This document shows positions 8,862 to 18,078 of a stretch of 24,831 nt of DNA, piece by piece (positions within the stretch are counted from its first letter, which is position 1; every line of letters starts with the position of its first letter). The translations under genes and the position numbers were made by a program. Source of the stretch: Candidatus Aegiribacteria sp. GTDB taxonomy: Bacteria > Fermentibacterota > Fermentibacteria > Fermentibacterales > JCC-6. The DNA is taken from contig JAWOBF010000031.1 in NCBI GenBank assembly GCA_046498225.1, positions 1 to 24,831 of the forward strand, in the 5' to 3' direction. The notes under the pieces were generated by a model. It saw nothing but the letters and a program-made list of their open reading frames with translations. It made no database searches and was not told the origin of the DNA.

Positions 8862-10418
8862 ATGAAAGCCACTTTCTGTCTTCTCATTTTACTGGCCGGT
8901 TTCGCGGGGGCGGCCGCGGTCCCCGACGCTGATACGGCCGCGGACCTTGTTTTTTCGGAAATCCTGGAAGGTGACATCACCGGCAGGTCGGTAATGACGC
9001 TGGACGAAATGGTGAGCAGGGGAACGGTGCTCGGCAGCTGGCGATACCAGGTTACCGCTCCCATTGACGGCTACCTTGTCCTGATAGACGACATGGCATA
9101 CGCCAACTGGGAACACCCCTGCCGATGGGTGTTCGTGAATCCCGACGGTGAAATGGAAACCGTGAGGATGACCACTCCCCCCGACGCCCTGGAAAGGATG
9201 ACGGTTACCCATACCTGTCTTCCGGAGGTGGATGGCAGGGGACAGTACGAAGACTTTCTGGAATGGTTCGAGCCCAACGTCCAGTCCACTCCCGAGAACG
9301 CCGAGAACATGTACGCGCTGATAATCTCGGGGGGAGCCAGCAGCGGGTCCAACCATATCCGCTACTACGGGGACGTGCAGTTCATCTACAACGTTCTGGC
9401 CCACGATTATCTTCTGCCCGACGACCATATCATAGTCTGCTTCGCCGACGGCCTGGACCCCGCGCCGGACCAGTCCGGCGGGCTGAACTCGAATCCGGAT
9501 TTCGATGATGACGGCGACTCGGACATCATCTACGACGCTACCACCGCCGGAGTGGACAGCGGCTTCGCCGACATAGCCGCGATGGTCGGACCGGAAGACC
9601 ATCTCTTCATATACGCCACCGACCACGGCGGGAGCGGCAAGTTCATGAACTCCCCCCCGGAGGTGTACCTGAACCTCTGGGGCGCGAGCCTTGACGATGA
9701 CGATTACCAGACCACCCTGGAGGGGCTCACCTACGCCTCCTGCCACGCGGTTATGGAGCAGTGCTACTCCGGAGGATTCCTGGTGGAGCACATAGCCGGA
9801 ACCACAGGTAAACCGAGTTCCTTCGCCTCCGCGGCCAACGGGTACGAGTCCAGCTGGGCCGGTGCAACCTATCCGGAGTATGACGAGTACGTCTACTACT
9901 GGACCGGCGCCATGCACGGCTCCACTCCTCCGGCCAGCAGCGTACCAGGGGGAGCCCTTCCGGGAGACCCGGACATGAACGGTGACGGAGTGGTCTCCTT
10001 CTGGGAGGCCTTCGACAGGGCAAAGGCGTGGGACACTTACGCCCAGTCCGGCCAGGAACACCCTCAGTGGGACGATGATCCGGACTCCTGCGGCGACATC
10101 TACTGGCTGGGAGGTCTGATACAGACCGGAACAGGCGACCGGGACGAATCTCTTCTCCCCGTCGCAGGCGGGCTTGCCGTATCCGGCAACCCGCTCGGTT
10201 CAGTATCCACGGTGGCCTTTACCGTTGGAAGTCCGGGCCAGGCGGACATCTCCGTCTACGACATGAGCGGACACCTGGTGGAGGTCCTGGTGAGCGATGA
10301 GCTCGCAGCGGGACAGCACTCCGTCAGCTGGAACACCGACAGGCTGGCCGCCGGCGTATACGTATTGAGGTTCAGGTCTGCGGACTTCGTGGAAACCCTT
10401 CGAGCCGTGAAGTTCTAA
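8862..10418 (+). CDS. Legumain/C13-like (clan CD) cysteine protease with T9SS C-terminal domain
   Basis: Signal peptide; ALIISGG..NHIRYYGD; YATDHGG (catalytic His-Gly); VMEQCYSGGF (catalytic Cys); DxDxDG-type loops (DFDDDGD, DMNGDG); C-terminal NP...SVYDMSGHLV...SWN...AGVYVLR sorting domain. Confidence 0.82.
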   Translation: MKATFCLLILLAGFAGAAAVPDADTAADLVFSEILEGDITGRSVMTLDEMVSRGTVLGSWRYQVTAPIDGYLVLIDDMAYANWEHPCRWVFVNPDGEMETVRMTTPPDALERMTVTHTCLPEVDGRGQYEDFLEWFEPNVQSTPENAENMYALIISGGASSGSNHIRYYGDVQFIYNVLAHDYLLPDDHIIVCFADGLDPAPDQSGGLNSNPDFDDDGDSDIIYDATTAGVDSGFADIAAMVGPEDHLFIYATDHGGSGKFMNSPPEVYLNLWGASLDDDDYQTTLEGLTYASCHAVMEQCYSGGFLVEHIAGTTGKPSSFASAANGYESSWAGATYPEYDEYVYYWTGAMHGSTPPASSVPGGALPGDPDMNGDGVVSFWEAFDRAKAWDTYAQSGQEHPQWDDDPDSCGDIYWLGGLIQTGTGDRDESLLPVAGGLAVSGNPLGSVSTVAFTVGSPGQADISVYDMSGHLVEVLVSDELAAGQHSVSWNTDRLAAGVYVLRFRSADFVETLRAVKF

Positions 10419-10442
10419 CCCGGCCGAAACTCCTCTTCACGC

Positions 10443-10472
10443 AGCGGGGGGACTAGCTCCCCCCGCTTCTTC
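10443..10472. terminator. Intrinsic terminator hairpin between convergent genes
   Basis: AGCGGGGGGA-CTAGC-TCCCCCCGCT followed by TCTTC. Confidence 0.75.
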
Positions 10473-10487
10473 GCGTCTGAAGGTCCC

Positions 10488-11906
10488 TCACGAAGTCCGG
10501 CGGGGCCCGCGTCTTCCGCGCGCAATTATCAGGACGGCGCCGGTGATGGCAACCTTCGCGTGCCTGTTGAGCCTCCGCACAAGGACCCCCATCGGCGTGG
10601 ACTCCGGTTCATGAACCCATGAGAGGGGGATTTCCGCGCTGAGGCGGGCGAACGCGGTTACGAGAAACAGCACCTGTTCCGGGTAGAGGTACCTTCCAAG
10701 CAGAACTGCGCCGCCGGGAATGAAGAAGCCCGAGGCCAGCATGGTGACCATCATCGCGCAACTCGAGAGCGCGTTGAACACTCCGGAATACATCTGTCTG
10801 TACTTCGCAGGAGCTATGGACAGGACCATGTTGGCGGTGACTATTCCGGCGCAGGACCACATTACTCCGGAGAGAATTGCCTCCAGGAAGATGAACCAGT
10901 AGTTCTCCGGGGTCAGGAGCAGCCACAGGAGAGGGTTCACCGTGCCCAGCATCAGCGCCAGCCGCATGGCCGGCTTGTTGCCGTGCCTGTCTATGAACCT
11001 GCCCCAGGGCCTGATGGCCAGCTGGGCCCCGATGGTGGAGACAGTGCCGTAGAGCAGGATTTGAACAACATCCATGTGAAGTCTCTGTATCATGAAGGGC
11101 TGCCAGAACGGCGCCCCTATACCGACGGCCAGCATCCACCAGATACCGAAGAACGAAAGATTCCGAAAGTTCCTGTCACGGAACGGCCTGGCCAGCATGG
11201 CATTAAATGGTTCCGGTTCCGTTTCCTTGGGCTTCTCAGGCTGCCGCTTCAGTACGGGAAGGCCTGCCAGCCCGATGATTCCCGCAAGGGTGAACACGGC
11301 CAGGAAGACCCAGGGCAGAGCGGAGGGATCATGCCTTATGCCCAGGACGCTTCCTAATGCTCCGGCAAGCAATCCCCTTTCCGTCGAGAAGAGGTCCACC
11401 GCTGCTCCGAACAGGAACGATGCCAGGACGCCGGCTATCATCAGCATCTGATTCCGCTGGGCGAAGAACCTTCCCCTCATGCCCCTGGGTACCATATCCG
11501 CGATCCAGCCCATCCACATGTTGGTGCAGACCGCCAGTATGGCTGAATAGACCGCGTAGACCGCAAGCACAAGGGGAAGGGCTGCGCGGTGAGGGAACAG
11601 CAGGGGAACAAGGCCGAGAAGAGGAGCCATCGACCTGGCCGTCGCCGCCATGGACACTATCACCGGCTTTCTGAACCGTCTTTTCCTGGTGATGGCCACT
11701 CCCAGAGGCTGAAGCGCCTGGGAGAACTGACCTATGGCCGAAAGGATTCCGAAATGCGCCGGAGTGGCCCCCAGCATTACCGCCAGCTTTGTGATGAAGA
11801 CTGAACCGGCCCCCGCCAGGCTCACGAAGACCTGCGCGAATATCCCTTCCCGGGTGGATATACGGAAAGTGTCCCTGAGCTGTGAGCTCCTCCTGGGCTT
11901 TTTCAT
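10488..11906 (-). CDS. MFS transporter
   Basis: About 12 TM helices; WIADMVPRGMRGRFF and WGRFIDRHGNK (motif A-like loop). Confidence 0.88.
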   Translation of the reverse strand: MKKPRRSSQLRDTFRISTREGIFAQVFVSLAGAGSVFITKLAVMLGATPAHFGILSAIGQFSQALQPLGVAITRKRRFRKPVIVSMAATARSMAPLLGLVPLLFPHRAALPLVLAVYAVYSAILAVCTNMWMGWIADMVPRGMRGRFFAQRNQMLMIAGVLASFLFGAAVDLFSTERGLLAGALGSVLGIRHDPSALPWVFLAVFTLAGIIGLAGLPVLKRQPEKPKETEPEPFNAMLARPFRDRNFRNLSFFGIWWMLAVGIGAPFWQPFMIQRLHMDVVQILLYGTVSTIGAQLAIRPWGRFIDRHGNKPAMRLALMLGTVNPLLWLLLTPENYWFIFLEAILSGVMWSCAGIVTANMVLSIAPAKYRQMYSGVFNALSSCAMMVTMLASGFFIPGGAVLLGRYLYPEQVLFLVTAFARLSAEIPLSWVHEPESTPMGVLVRRLNRHAKVAITGAVLIIARGRRGPRRTS

Positions 11907-12148
11907 CGCGGAAACATAACCCCGGCTGACCGGTAAGTCTAATATTTTCTCATATTGTTCTTCAGCAACAATATATATTGACTGAAGAGCCGTCCCTGAC
12001 TTCCCGCTCCCCTGTTCCCATACGGATAATCACCCGTTCAATGACCGAGGCTAATCTGGACTTGACAGGTATGGAATTTGTATATGTAGTAGTGATACAT
12101 GTCGTTTAAATATCCCGGGGGGATACTCGGCGACTTTGGAATAGGAGA

Positions 12149-12718
12149 ATGATGCGTTCAACGACTGTTTTTGTCTGCGCGCTGTCCCTCATGACCCTGA
12201 TGCTTGCGGAAGGCTGCGGTAGCGGGACGGAGGACCGGGAGCCCGAGCATGATGAAGCCTCCGGGGATGAATCGGCAGCCGGCATTTCCAGGGATGGCTA
12301 CACTCTGGTGTGGGAGTTCGATGAGGAAGATATCACATTCACGATGTCCGCTCCCACCACCGGGTGGGTGGCGGTGGGCTTCGATCCCTCCGCCGCCATG
12401 CTGGACGCCGACATTATCATAGGCTATGTAGAAGATGGAGATGTATTCCTGAGCGACCAGTGGGGCGACGGTTACACTTCACACCGGCCGGACATCGAAC
12501 TCGGAGGGTCGGATGATGCGGCGCTGGTATCCGGTTCTGAGGGCGAAGGGGTCACCGAGATCTCCTTCAGCCGGCCTATGTCCACAGGCGACGGGTTCGA
12601 CCATCAGCTGCGTCCCGGAGGTACGCATACATTTCTTCTGGCATACGGGCCCGGGGATGCCGACGGATTTGCCGGAAAGCACTCCTGGGTCACGACGGTA
12701 GAGGTAATACTGGAATAG
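12149..12718 (+). CDS. DOMON-domain lipoprotein 1
   Basis: Signal peptide with lipobox-like LAEGC, acidic linker, TTGWVAVGF...MLDADIIIGY DOMON signature, FSRPM.TGD, C-terminal His; AGGAG RBS. Confidence 0.85.
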   Translation: MMRSTTVFVCALSLMTLMLAEGCGSGTEDREPEHDEASGDESAAGISRDGYTLVWEFDEEDITFTMSAPTTGWVAVGFDPSAAMLDADIIIGYVEDGDVFLSDQWGDGYTSHRPDIELGGSDDAALVSGSEGEGVTEISFSRPMSTGDGFDHQLRPGGTHTFLLAYGPGDADGFAGKHSWVTTVEVILE

Positions 12719-12740
12719 AATAGAGAAAGGAGTATTGATC

Positions 12741-13301
12741 ATGGCATTGAATGGAAGGAGCGCGATCGTTCTCATCGCCGCGGTAGCGCTGGTGACAGGC
12801 ACACCGGCCGGATGCGGAGACAGCGCCACAGAACCGGAGCAGGGAGAGGAGGGCTGGCAGGAGTATTCCACGGGGGATTTTCTGTTCGAATGGCAGTTCG
12901 AGGATTCCCCGGCCAGCATTCGACTGAGGCTTACGGCCCCCACCACCGGCTGGGTGTCCGTTGGATTCGACCCCACTTCGATGATGGAGGACGCGAATCT
13001 TCTGATAGGATACGTTGAGGGTGGGACCGCCCATATTCGTGATGATTACGGCACAGGGCAGTTCTCCCATGATTCCGACGTGAGCCTGGGCGGAACCGAC
13101 GACGCGGAGATAATTTCAGGGTCCGAATCCTCCGGAGAAACGGTCCTGGAGTTCCGCATACCACTGGATTCGGGAGACCAGTACGACAAGGTTCTCTCGC
13201 AGGGCGGCACATACACTCTCATCTTCGCCTACGGACAGGACGGGGCGGATGATTTCACGTCTTACCATGCGTGGGTTGAGTCGGCGTCCTTCGAACTGTA
13301 G
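12741..13301 (+). CDS. DOMON-domain lipoprotein 2 (tandem paralog)
   Basis: Lipobox-like PAGC; TTGWVSVGF...MEDANLLIGY, FRIPLDSGD..D, SYH. Start set to ATG 12741 after AAAGGAG. Confidence 0.85.
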   Translation: MALNGRSAIVLIAAVALVTGTPAGCGDSATEPEQGEEGWQEYSTGDFLFEWQFEDSPASIRLRLTAPTTGWVSVGFDPTSMMEDANLLIGYVEGGTAHIRDDYGTGQFSHDSDVSLGGTDDAEIISGSESSGETVLEFRIPLDSGDQYDKVLSQGGTYTLIFAYGQDGADDFTSYHAWVESASFEL

Positions 13302-13331
13302 AGCGGCCACTGAACAAAAAGGGAGGAATAC

Positions 13332-14054
13332 ATGAAATACCTGCTGATCACGATGATCGCCATCGCTGGCGTCTCCGCTTCGGAATACCGCGGAGCTTTT
13401 CTGAACCTGCCGGTACCCGTGGACGGGATATCCGAAGGTGACCTTGAGATAGCGGTGAACCACAGGTTCTTCGGATACGCGTTCAAGAACGAGCCGCTGG
13501 AGACCTTCTTCGGACTGGACAACGGCGCGAATGTCAGCTTCGACGCGAGGTATTTCCCGGCGGATGACTTCTATCTGAAATACGGCCACACCAGGCTGTG
13601 GCACAGACACACGGTTTCCGCGGGCATGAGTTACATGGCTGTCAAGCCTTTGCAGCTGCTGGGAGAGGTGGGATACACATCCATCAAACCCGGAAGCGCG
13701 AACGACTGGGAGGGTGGCCTGGTGGCCACATTCAGCGCAAGCGCCCGGCTGCTGGAGGACAGGGTCAGGCCGGTGGTCAATTTCGCCTACGACGGGAACC
13801 GTGAGGAGAGCGGCCCGGGGTTCGGTCTGGAAGTAACTCTGACTGATAACATCAGCGTATCCGGCGAATACTTCCCCGCCGCAGCGGATAACGCCGATAA
13901 CGACTGTTATTCCTTTGCCGGCCGTTACAGCACCTGGGGCCACCAGTTCATCCTGGGGCTGTCCAACAGCGCAGGGATAGGGCCATGGGATCAGCTGGCG
14001 GGATCTTCGACAGGGGACGTCTCAGTGGCGTTCTCAATCCGCAGATTGTTCTGA
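13332..14054 (+). CDS. DUF5777-like outer-membrane beta-barrel protein
   Basis: Signal peptide; NHRF...FFGLDNGANV and TWGHQF.L..SN motifs recalled from DUF5777; amphipathic strands; C-terminal Phe (SIRRLF). Confidence 0.65.
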   Translation: MKYLLITMIAIAGVSASEYRGAFLNLPVPVDGISEGDLEIAVNHRFFGYAFKNEPLETFFGLDNGANVSFDARYFPADDFYLKYGHTRLWHRHTVSAGMSYMAVKPLQLLGEVGYTSIKPGSANDWEGGLVATFSASARLLEDRVRPVVNFAYDGNREESGPGFGLEVTLTDNISVSGEYFPAAADNADNDCYSFAGRYSTWGHQFILGLSNSAGIGPWDQLAGSSTGDVSVAFSIRRLF

Positions 14055-14082
14055 ACCGGCGTTTCTTCCATTCGGATAACAG

Positions 14083-14110
14083 GCGGGGAGCCGGCAGGCT
14101 CCCCGCTTTC
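14083..14110 (+). terminator. Intrinsic terminator
   Basis: Perfect 10-bp stem GCGGGGAGCC-GGCA-GGCTCCCCGC followed by TTTC, between convergent genes. Confidence 0.8.
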
Positions 14111-14126
14111 ACGATGGGAAAGGCTG

Positions 14127-14591
14127 TCAGATCTGCCGCAGTATCCCCTCCAGGGCCGTAACGTATTCGGCTATCGTGGGAGTTGTGCCCACTATCCTGT
14201 CTATTTCCGTCCCGTCGTGCTCCGCGATGACAACGCAGGGAATGGAGGACACATTGTACCTCTGGGCGTACCGGGCCATTTCCGGATTATCCACGTCGAT
14301 CCTCAGAAGCACGAAGCTGGAAAGCACCGGGTACATCTCCTCGCTGGTGAAGTACTCCTCGCCCAGGGTACGGCAGGGACCGCACCAGTCCGCGTACATA
14401 TCTATGAGAAGGGGCTTGCCGGAGGCTTCCGCTTCGGCGCTGGCCGCTTCGAAGTCATCCTGGAACCAGTTTAGTTCCCCGGACGAGACCGCTCCGGCGT
14501 TCTCACCTTCGCCAGCCGCGGTCTCGGAATCGCCGCAGGCTCCGGTCAGCAGTCCGGCTGTCATTACTACCGCTATCAGATATCTCTTCAT
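14127..14591 (-). CDS. Thioredoxin-family lipoprotein
   Basis: Lipobox LTGAC; KPLLIDMYADWCGPC active site; SIP cis-Pro loop. Confidence 0.9.
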   Translation of the reverse strand: MKRYLIAVVMTAGLLTGACGDSETAAGEGENAGAVSSGELNWFQDDFEAASAEAEASGKPLLIDMYADWCGPCRTLGEEYFTSEEMYPVLSSFVLLRIDVDNPEMARYAQRYNVSSIPCVVIAEHDGTEIDRIVGTTPTIAEYVTALEGILRQI

Positions 14592-14684
14592 TTCCTTCCT
14601 TCCTCAAGTGTGAACCATAAGTTCTCATTGGTATATATACATAAACATAACTCATTAGTTCCATATGTAACAATTGGAGGTGCC

Positions 14685-15110
14685 ATGAGACCGGTTACTC
14701 CGCTTCTGACGGTGGACGCCATCATAGAGATGCCCGACGAAAGAATAGTTCTCGTTCGCAGAAAACACCCCCCCTCCGGCTGGGCCATACCCGGCGGATT
14801 CGTGGACCCGGGTGAGAGTCTCTACGAGGCCGTCCGCAGGGAAGCTCTCGAGGAAACCTCCCTTGACGTCCGGGTCCTCGGCCTTTTTCATATATACTCG
14901 AAACCCTGGAGAGACCCCCGGGGGGACACGGTGAGCGTAGTTTATCACTGCTGCGCCGAGGGAACTCCCAGGGGCGGCGATGATGCTGCGGCGGCGGAAG
15001 CTTTCGCCCCTGACAGCGTTCCCCGCGACCTGGCCTTTGACCACGGGAAGATCATAGGTCAGTTCCTGGAATGGAAAAGAACCGGCAGAAAACCTTCCCT
15101 GGAGGAGTGA
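14685..15110 (+). CDS. NUDIX hydrolase
   Basis: WAIPGGFVDPGESLYEAVRREALEETSL Nudix box, RDPR and LAFDH motifs. Start set to ATG 14685 after GGAGG. Confidence 0.93.
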   Translation: MRPVTPLLTVDAIIEMPDERIVLVRRKHPPSGWAIPGGFVDPGESLYEAVRREALEETSLDVRVLGLFHIYSKPWRDPRGDTVSVVYHCCAEGTPRGGDDAAAAEAFAPDSVPRDLAFDHGKIIGQFLEWKRTGRKPSLEE

Positions 15111-15115
15111 GGCAG

Positions 15116-15841
15116 ATGCGATCTCTATGGATTATCATCTCTATCGTGACTGCCGTCCCGTACAGCGGAGTCACCGCGGGTGAGCCCGAACTGGAAGTGA
15201 CGGGGTTCTCCGAAGACGGGACCTTCCTTGCCTACACCCTCACCGGCGTATACGAGGGCAGCGCTTTTCCCTACTGCGAGATTCAGGTTCTGAACACCAT
15301 GACCGGAAACATCCGCCGGAGTTACCGCGAGGTGGACCAGAGCCTCAGCCTTACTCCCGCCGAGGTGAAGGAGGTGCTGATGGCTGAGTGGGAGACGGAA
15401 CTGGAGGAGTACGGTATCGTCCGGGGAGATGAAGGAGTATTCCTTGAATACCCCTCACTGGATCCGCCCCCCGAGGCACAGATCATCAGTTTCCTGGTGG
15501 ACAGCACAGTGGCGGGAATGCCCGCCGGCCTCTACTCCCTCGATCTCTTCCAGTCCCCCGTGGATACCACTGTGGAATTTCGGGGGATGCACCCCTCCGT
15601 GTGCCGGCTGAATCTTACCTGCGCGGACAGAAGCCTTTCGAAGAACCTTCTGGACTGGAGCGAAGAACCCCGGCTGGACGTGGAGGTCTTCAGCTTCGAC
15701 GTCCGGGATTTTCTGATCCACTCGAACGGCTTCATGGTGGTTTTTCTGGATTGCACAGTTCAGGGCTTCGAGATACCCGAACATGAGATTGTGCCCCTGG
15801 TATTCCATGATCTTGCCCCGGAGGGGAACGGCTCCACCTGA
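15116..15841 (+). CDS. Secreted protein, DUF2259-like
   Basis: Signal peptide from ATG 15116; GFSEDGTFLAY..G.YEGSAFPY resembles the DUF2259 N-terminal motif. Confidence 0.6.
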   Translation: MRSLWIIISIVTAVPYSGVTAGEPELEVTGFSEDGTFLAYTLTGVYEGSAFPYCEIQVLNTMTGNIRRSYREVDQSLSLTPAEVKEVLMAEWETELEEYGIVRGDEGVFLEYPSLDPPPEAQIISFLVDSTVAGMPAGLYSLDLFQSPVDTTVEFRGMHPSVCRLNLTCADRSLSKNLLDWSEEPRLDVEVFSFDVRDFLIHSNGFMVVFLDCTVQGFEIPEHEIVPLVFHDLAPEGNGST

Positions 15842-15868
15842 CGGAAAATGTACCTTGAAAGAGTAAGG

Positions 15869-15900
15869 AAAAGGGGGCGGGATGAACCCGCCCCCGTTTC
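15869..15900. terminator. Bidirectional intrinsic terminator
   Basis: AAAA-GGGGGCGGG-ATGAA-CCCGCCCCC-GTTT between convergent genes. Confidence 0.8.
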
Positions 15901-15919
15901 TGTCTGCCGTTCCTCCGGC

Positions 15920-17926
15920 CTACCTGTTCGAAAGGACCGTGAACTCGATCCTTCTGTTCATGGCCTTGTTGGAAGGTGACGTATTCGGAACTACCGGCTG
16001 GCTCTCGCCGAAGCCGAGGGTGGTGAGCATTCTCGCAGGAATGCCCCGCTGCACCAGGTAATTGAACACCGAAGCGGCTCTCTGCTCGCTCAGGGTCTGG
16101 TTGTAGCTGGCGCTGCCGTCGGAGTCGGTGTGGCCTGCTATCTGGACCCTGGCCTCGGGGTTGGCCTGAAGTATTTCCACAATGTTGTCGAGTATGTAGT
16201 AGGATTCAGGCTTGATGGTGGAGCTTCCACTGTCGAAGTAGATGTTGTCGAAGGACAGCACCTGCCCCTCCTCCAGCCTGGGCTTGAGGACGAAGTCTAC
16301 TCTGGCTGTGGCGTCGGCCTCTACGAATACGACATCGGAGGAGGACCTGTAGCCTTCAGCCTCGGCCTTCACCGTCCAGGTGCCCTCGGGGACCTGGAAC
16401 TGGAATACGCCGTCTTCGCTGGACTGGAACGAGTAGGTGGTATCGTCAACTTCCACCGTGATTACGGCAAGAAGCGGGTCACCTTCCTCGAACTCGGTAA
16501 CCGTGCCGGCCACCATTCCCAGTCCCGCGCGGGATTCCAGCGCGAAGTCGACCACTACTTCCTGTCCGGCCTCCAGGACAACGGTGGACGAAGCGGCCTT
16601 GTAACCTTCCGCCGAGACCGAAACCGGAATGCTTCCGGCGGGAAGCTCGGCGCTGTAGAACCCGGTCTCCGGGTCGGACATTACGTCGGCTGCCGGAATG
16701 CCGGGGAAGGAGACGGTGGCTTCCATCGGTTCGTTCTCCTCAGCGTCGGTTATCAGACCTGAGACGATTCCGGTGGTAATCTCAGGTCCCCTGTCCAGAA
16801 GATCGCTGGAGAAGGCGATGGACCCTGATACTCCCCAGTCCTGCGTTCCGCCGTCAGGAAGGGGAGCCCTCTCGGCTCTCTCCTCCATGGTTACGCTGCC
16901 GGTCTGGTAGAGACCGTGACCGAAATCGAAGTACTCGGGGTCGAAATCCGTCAGCCCCATGTTGAAGCAGAAGTCCATGACTACGCCACCGCCGGAGAAC
17001 ACGCGTATTCCCGGAGAGAAGTAGGACACCGAACTGTAGTTGTCACGGTCCTGGTACTTCTTCACGGTGTATTCAGTGTAGAGGACGGCGAACTGGGTCG
17101 GGAACTCAAGAGCGACCCCGAAATCCAGGGCGTTGTCGTCCACCTGCGTGCTGACCAGCACCTCGTCGGTCCTGGACCTCCGGCCCAGACTGTCGAACTC
17201 AAGCCTGTAGTCGTTCAGGGTAATGGTCTGCTTGTACATGGAGTAGCCGGCGTTCACATGCAGCCTGAGAGGGGTTCCCGGCCAGACGTTGGCCATATCG
17301 AGCGATACCAGCCCGTCGAAGCCGATGCTTGTATGTCCGGTGGACAGCATGGGCCTGCGCATGGTGAGCATGGGTGTGGCGGTGTCGAACCTTCCGTCGT
17401 ACTCCTCGCACTCCACCGTCTGGTTGCTGGACGGCGCGAAGGAGAACCAGTTGTCCAGTCCCAGCCACAGGATCTCGCTGGACGGGGTGGGTGTGAAACC
17501 GGCCTTGTAGCCCAGCATCACGTCGCCCATTCCGTGCACGCCGTCCCACTGCCCGATGGTCTCGTTCCTCGGGGGAGTAAGATCGAACTCGTAGTAGGAA
17601 CCGACGTAGCTGATCCTGGCCGCCAGCTCCATGAAGCTGGTAAGGCCGTAGCCGAGGGCGAAGTACCCCTGTGACAGGTGCTCGGTATCCTCGACGCTGA
17701 GCACGGTGTCCGAAGCGCTGCCAACGGACCTGTAGTGCAGGTTATCGAACTCGTTGGTACTGCTCCAGTACCTTGCTATCAGACTGAAAGCCATCTGGTT
17801 GGACCCTATGGTCCTGGCGTCGATCACCCTGTTAACTCCCCTGAATCCCATTATCGAGGGAAGGGAGAAAGCGGATCCCGCCACCAGAAGAAGGGTCATG
17901 ATAAGTATCAGACCTCTGTTTTTCAT
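15920..17926 (-). CDS. OmpA-family protein: putative N-terminal barrel, two carboxypeptidase-regulatory-like beta-sandwich repeats and a C-terminal peptidoglycan-binding OmpA domain
   Basis: NIYFDSGS..I, IAGHTDSDG..YNQTLSEQRA, GFGESQP and NRRIEF motifs; two G.V.G.(I/V)T...V.AEGY...VDF.L repeats; signal peptide; AGGAGG RBS. Confidence 0.9.
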   Translation of the reverse strand: MKNRGLILIMTLLLVAGSAFSLPSIMGFRGVNRVIDARTIGSNQMAFSLIARYWSSTNEFDNLHYRSVGSASDTVLSVEDTEHLSQGYFALGYGLTSFMELAARISYVGSYYEFDLTPPRNETIGQWDGVHGMGDVMLGYKAGFTPTPSSEILWLGLDNWFSFAPSSNQTVECEEYDGRFDTATPMLTMRRPMLSTGHTSIGFDGLVSLDMANVWPGTPLRLHVNAGYSMYKQTITLNDYRLEFDSLGRRSRTDEVLVSTQVDDNALDFGVALEFPTQFAVLYTEYTVKKYQDRDNYSSVSYFSPGIRVFSGGGVVMDFCFNMGLTDFDPEYFDFGHGLYQTGSVTMEERAERAPLPDGGTQDWGVSGSIAFSSDLLDRGPEITTGIVSGLITDAEENEPMEATVSFPGIPAADVMSDPETGFYSAELPAGSIPVSVSAEGYKAASSTVVLEAGQEVVVDFALESRAGLGMVAGTVTEFEEGDPLLAVITVEVDDTTYSFQSSEDGVFQFQVPEGTWTVKAEAEGYRSSSDVVFVEADATARVDFVLKPRLEEGQVLSFDNIYFDSGSSTIKPESYYILDNIVEILQANPEARVQIAGHTDSDGSASYNQTLSEQRAASVFNYLVQRGIPARMLTTLGFGESQPVVPNTSPSNKAMNRRIEFTVLSNR

Positions 17927-17981
17927 TGTACCTCCTCTTTTTCCGGTTGAGAACCGTGACTTGCGAAAACACGATTATGCT

Positions 17982-18010
17982 ATTAGAAAACTATGAGTAT
18001 TGCATGTCAA
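17982..18010 (-). promoter_or_regulatory. Putative sigma70 promoter of the OmpA-family gene
   Basis: Minus strand TTGACA (18010-18005), 17 nt, TCTAAT (17987-17982). Confidence 0.5.
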
Positions 18011-18078
18011 CTGCAGGCCCGGCGGGAACCGGGCAATATGGTGATTGCTCTGCGGCATTCATGAAAGGATCTTCCAAT

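Noticed and set aside
7265..10061. ORFs 7265-8350 minus, 7582-8820 plus and 8889-10061 minus
   Set aside because: They fully overlap the well-supported MATE and C13 genes and have shadow-frame composition.
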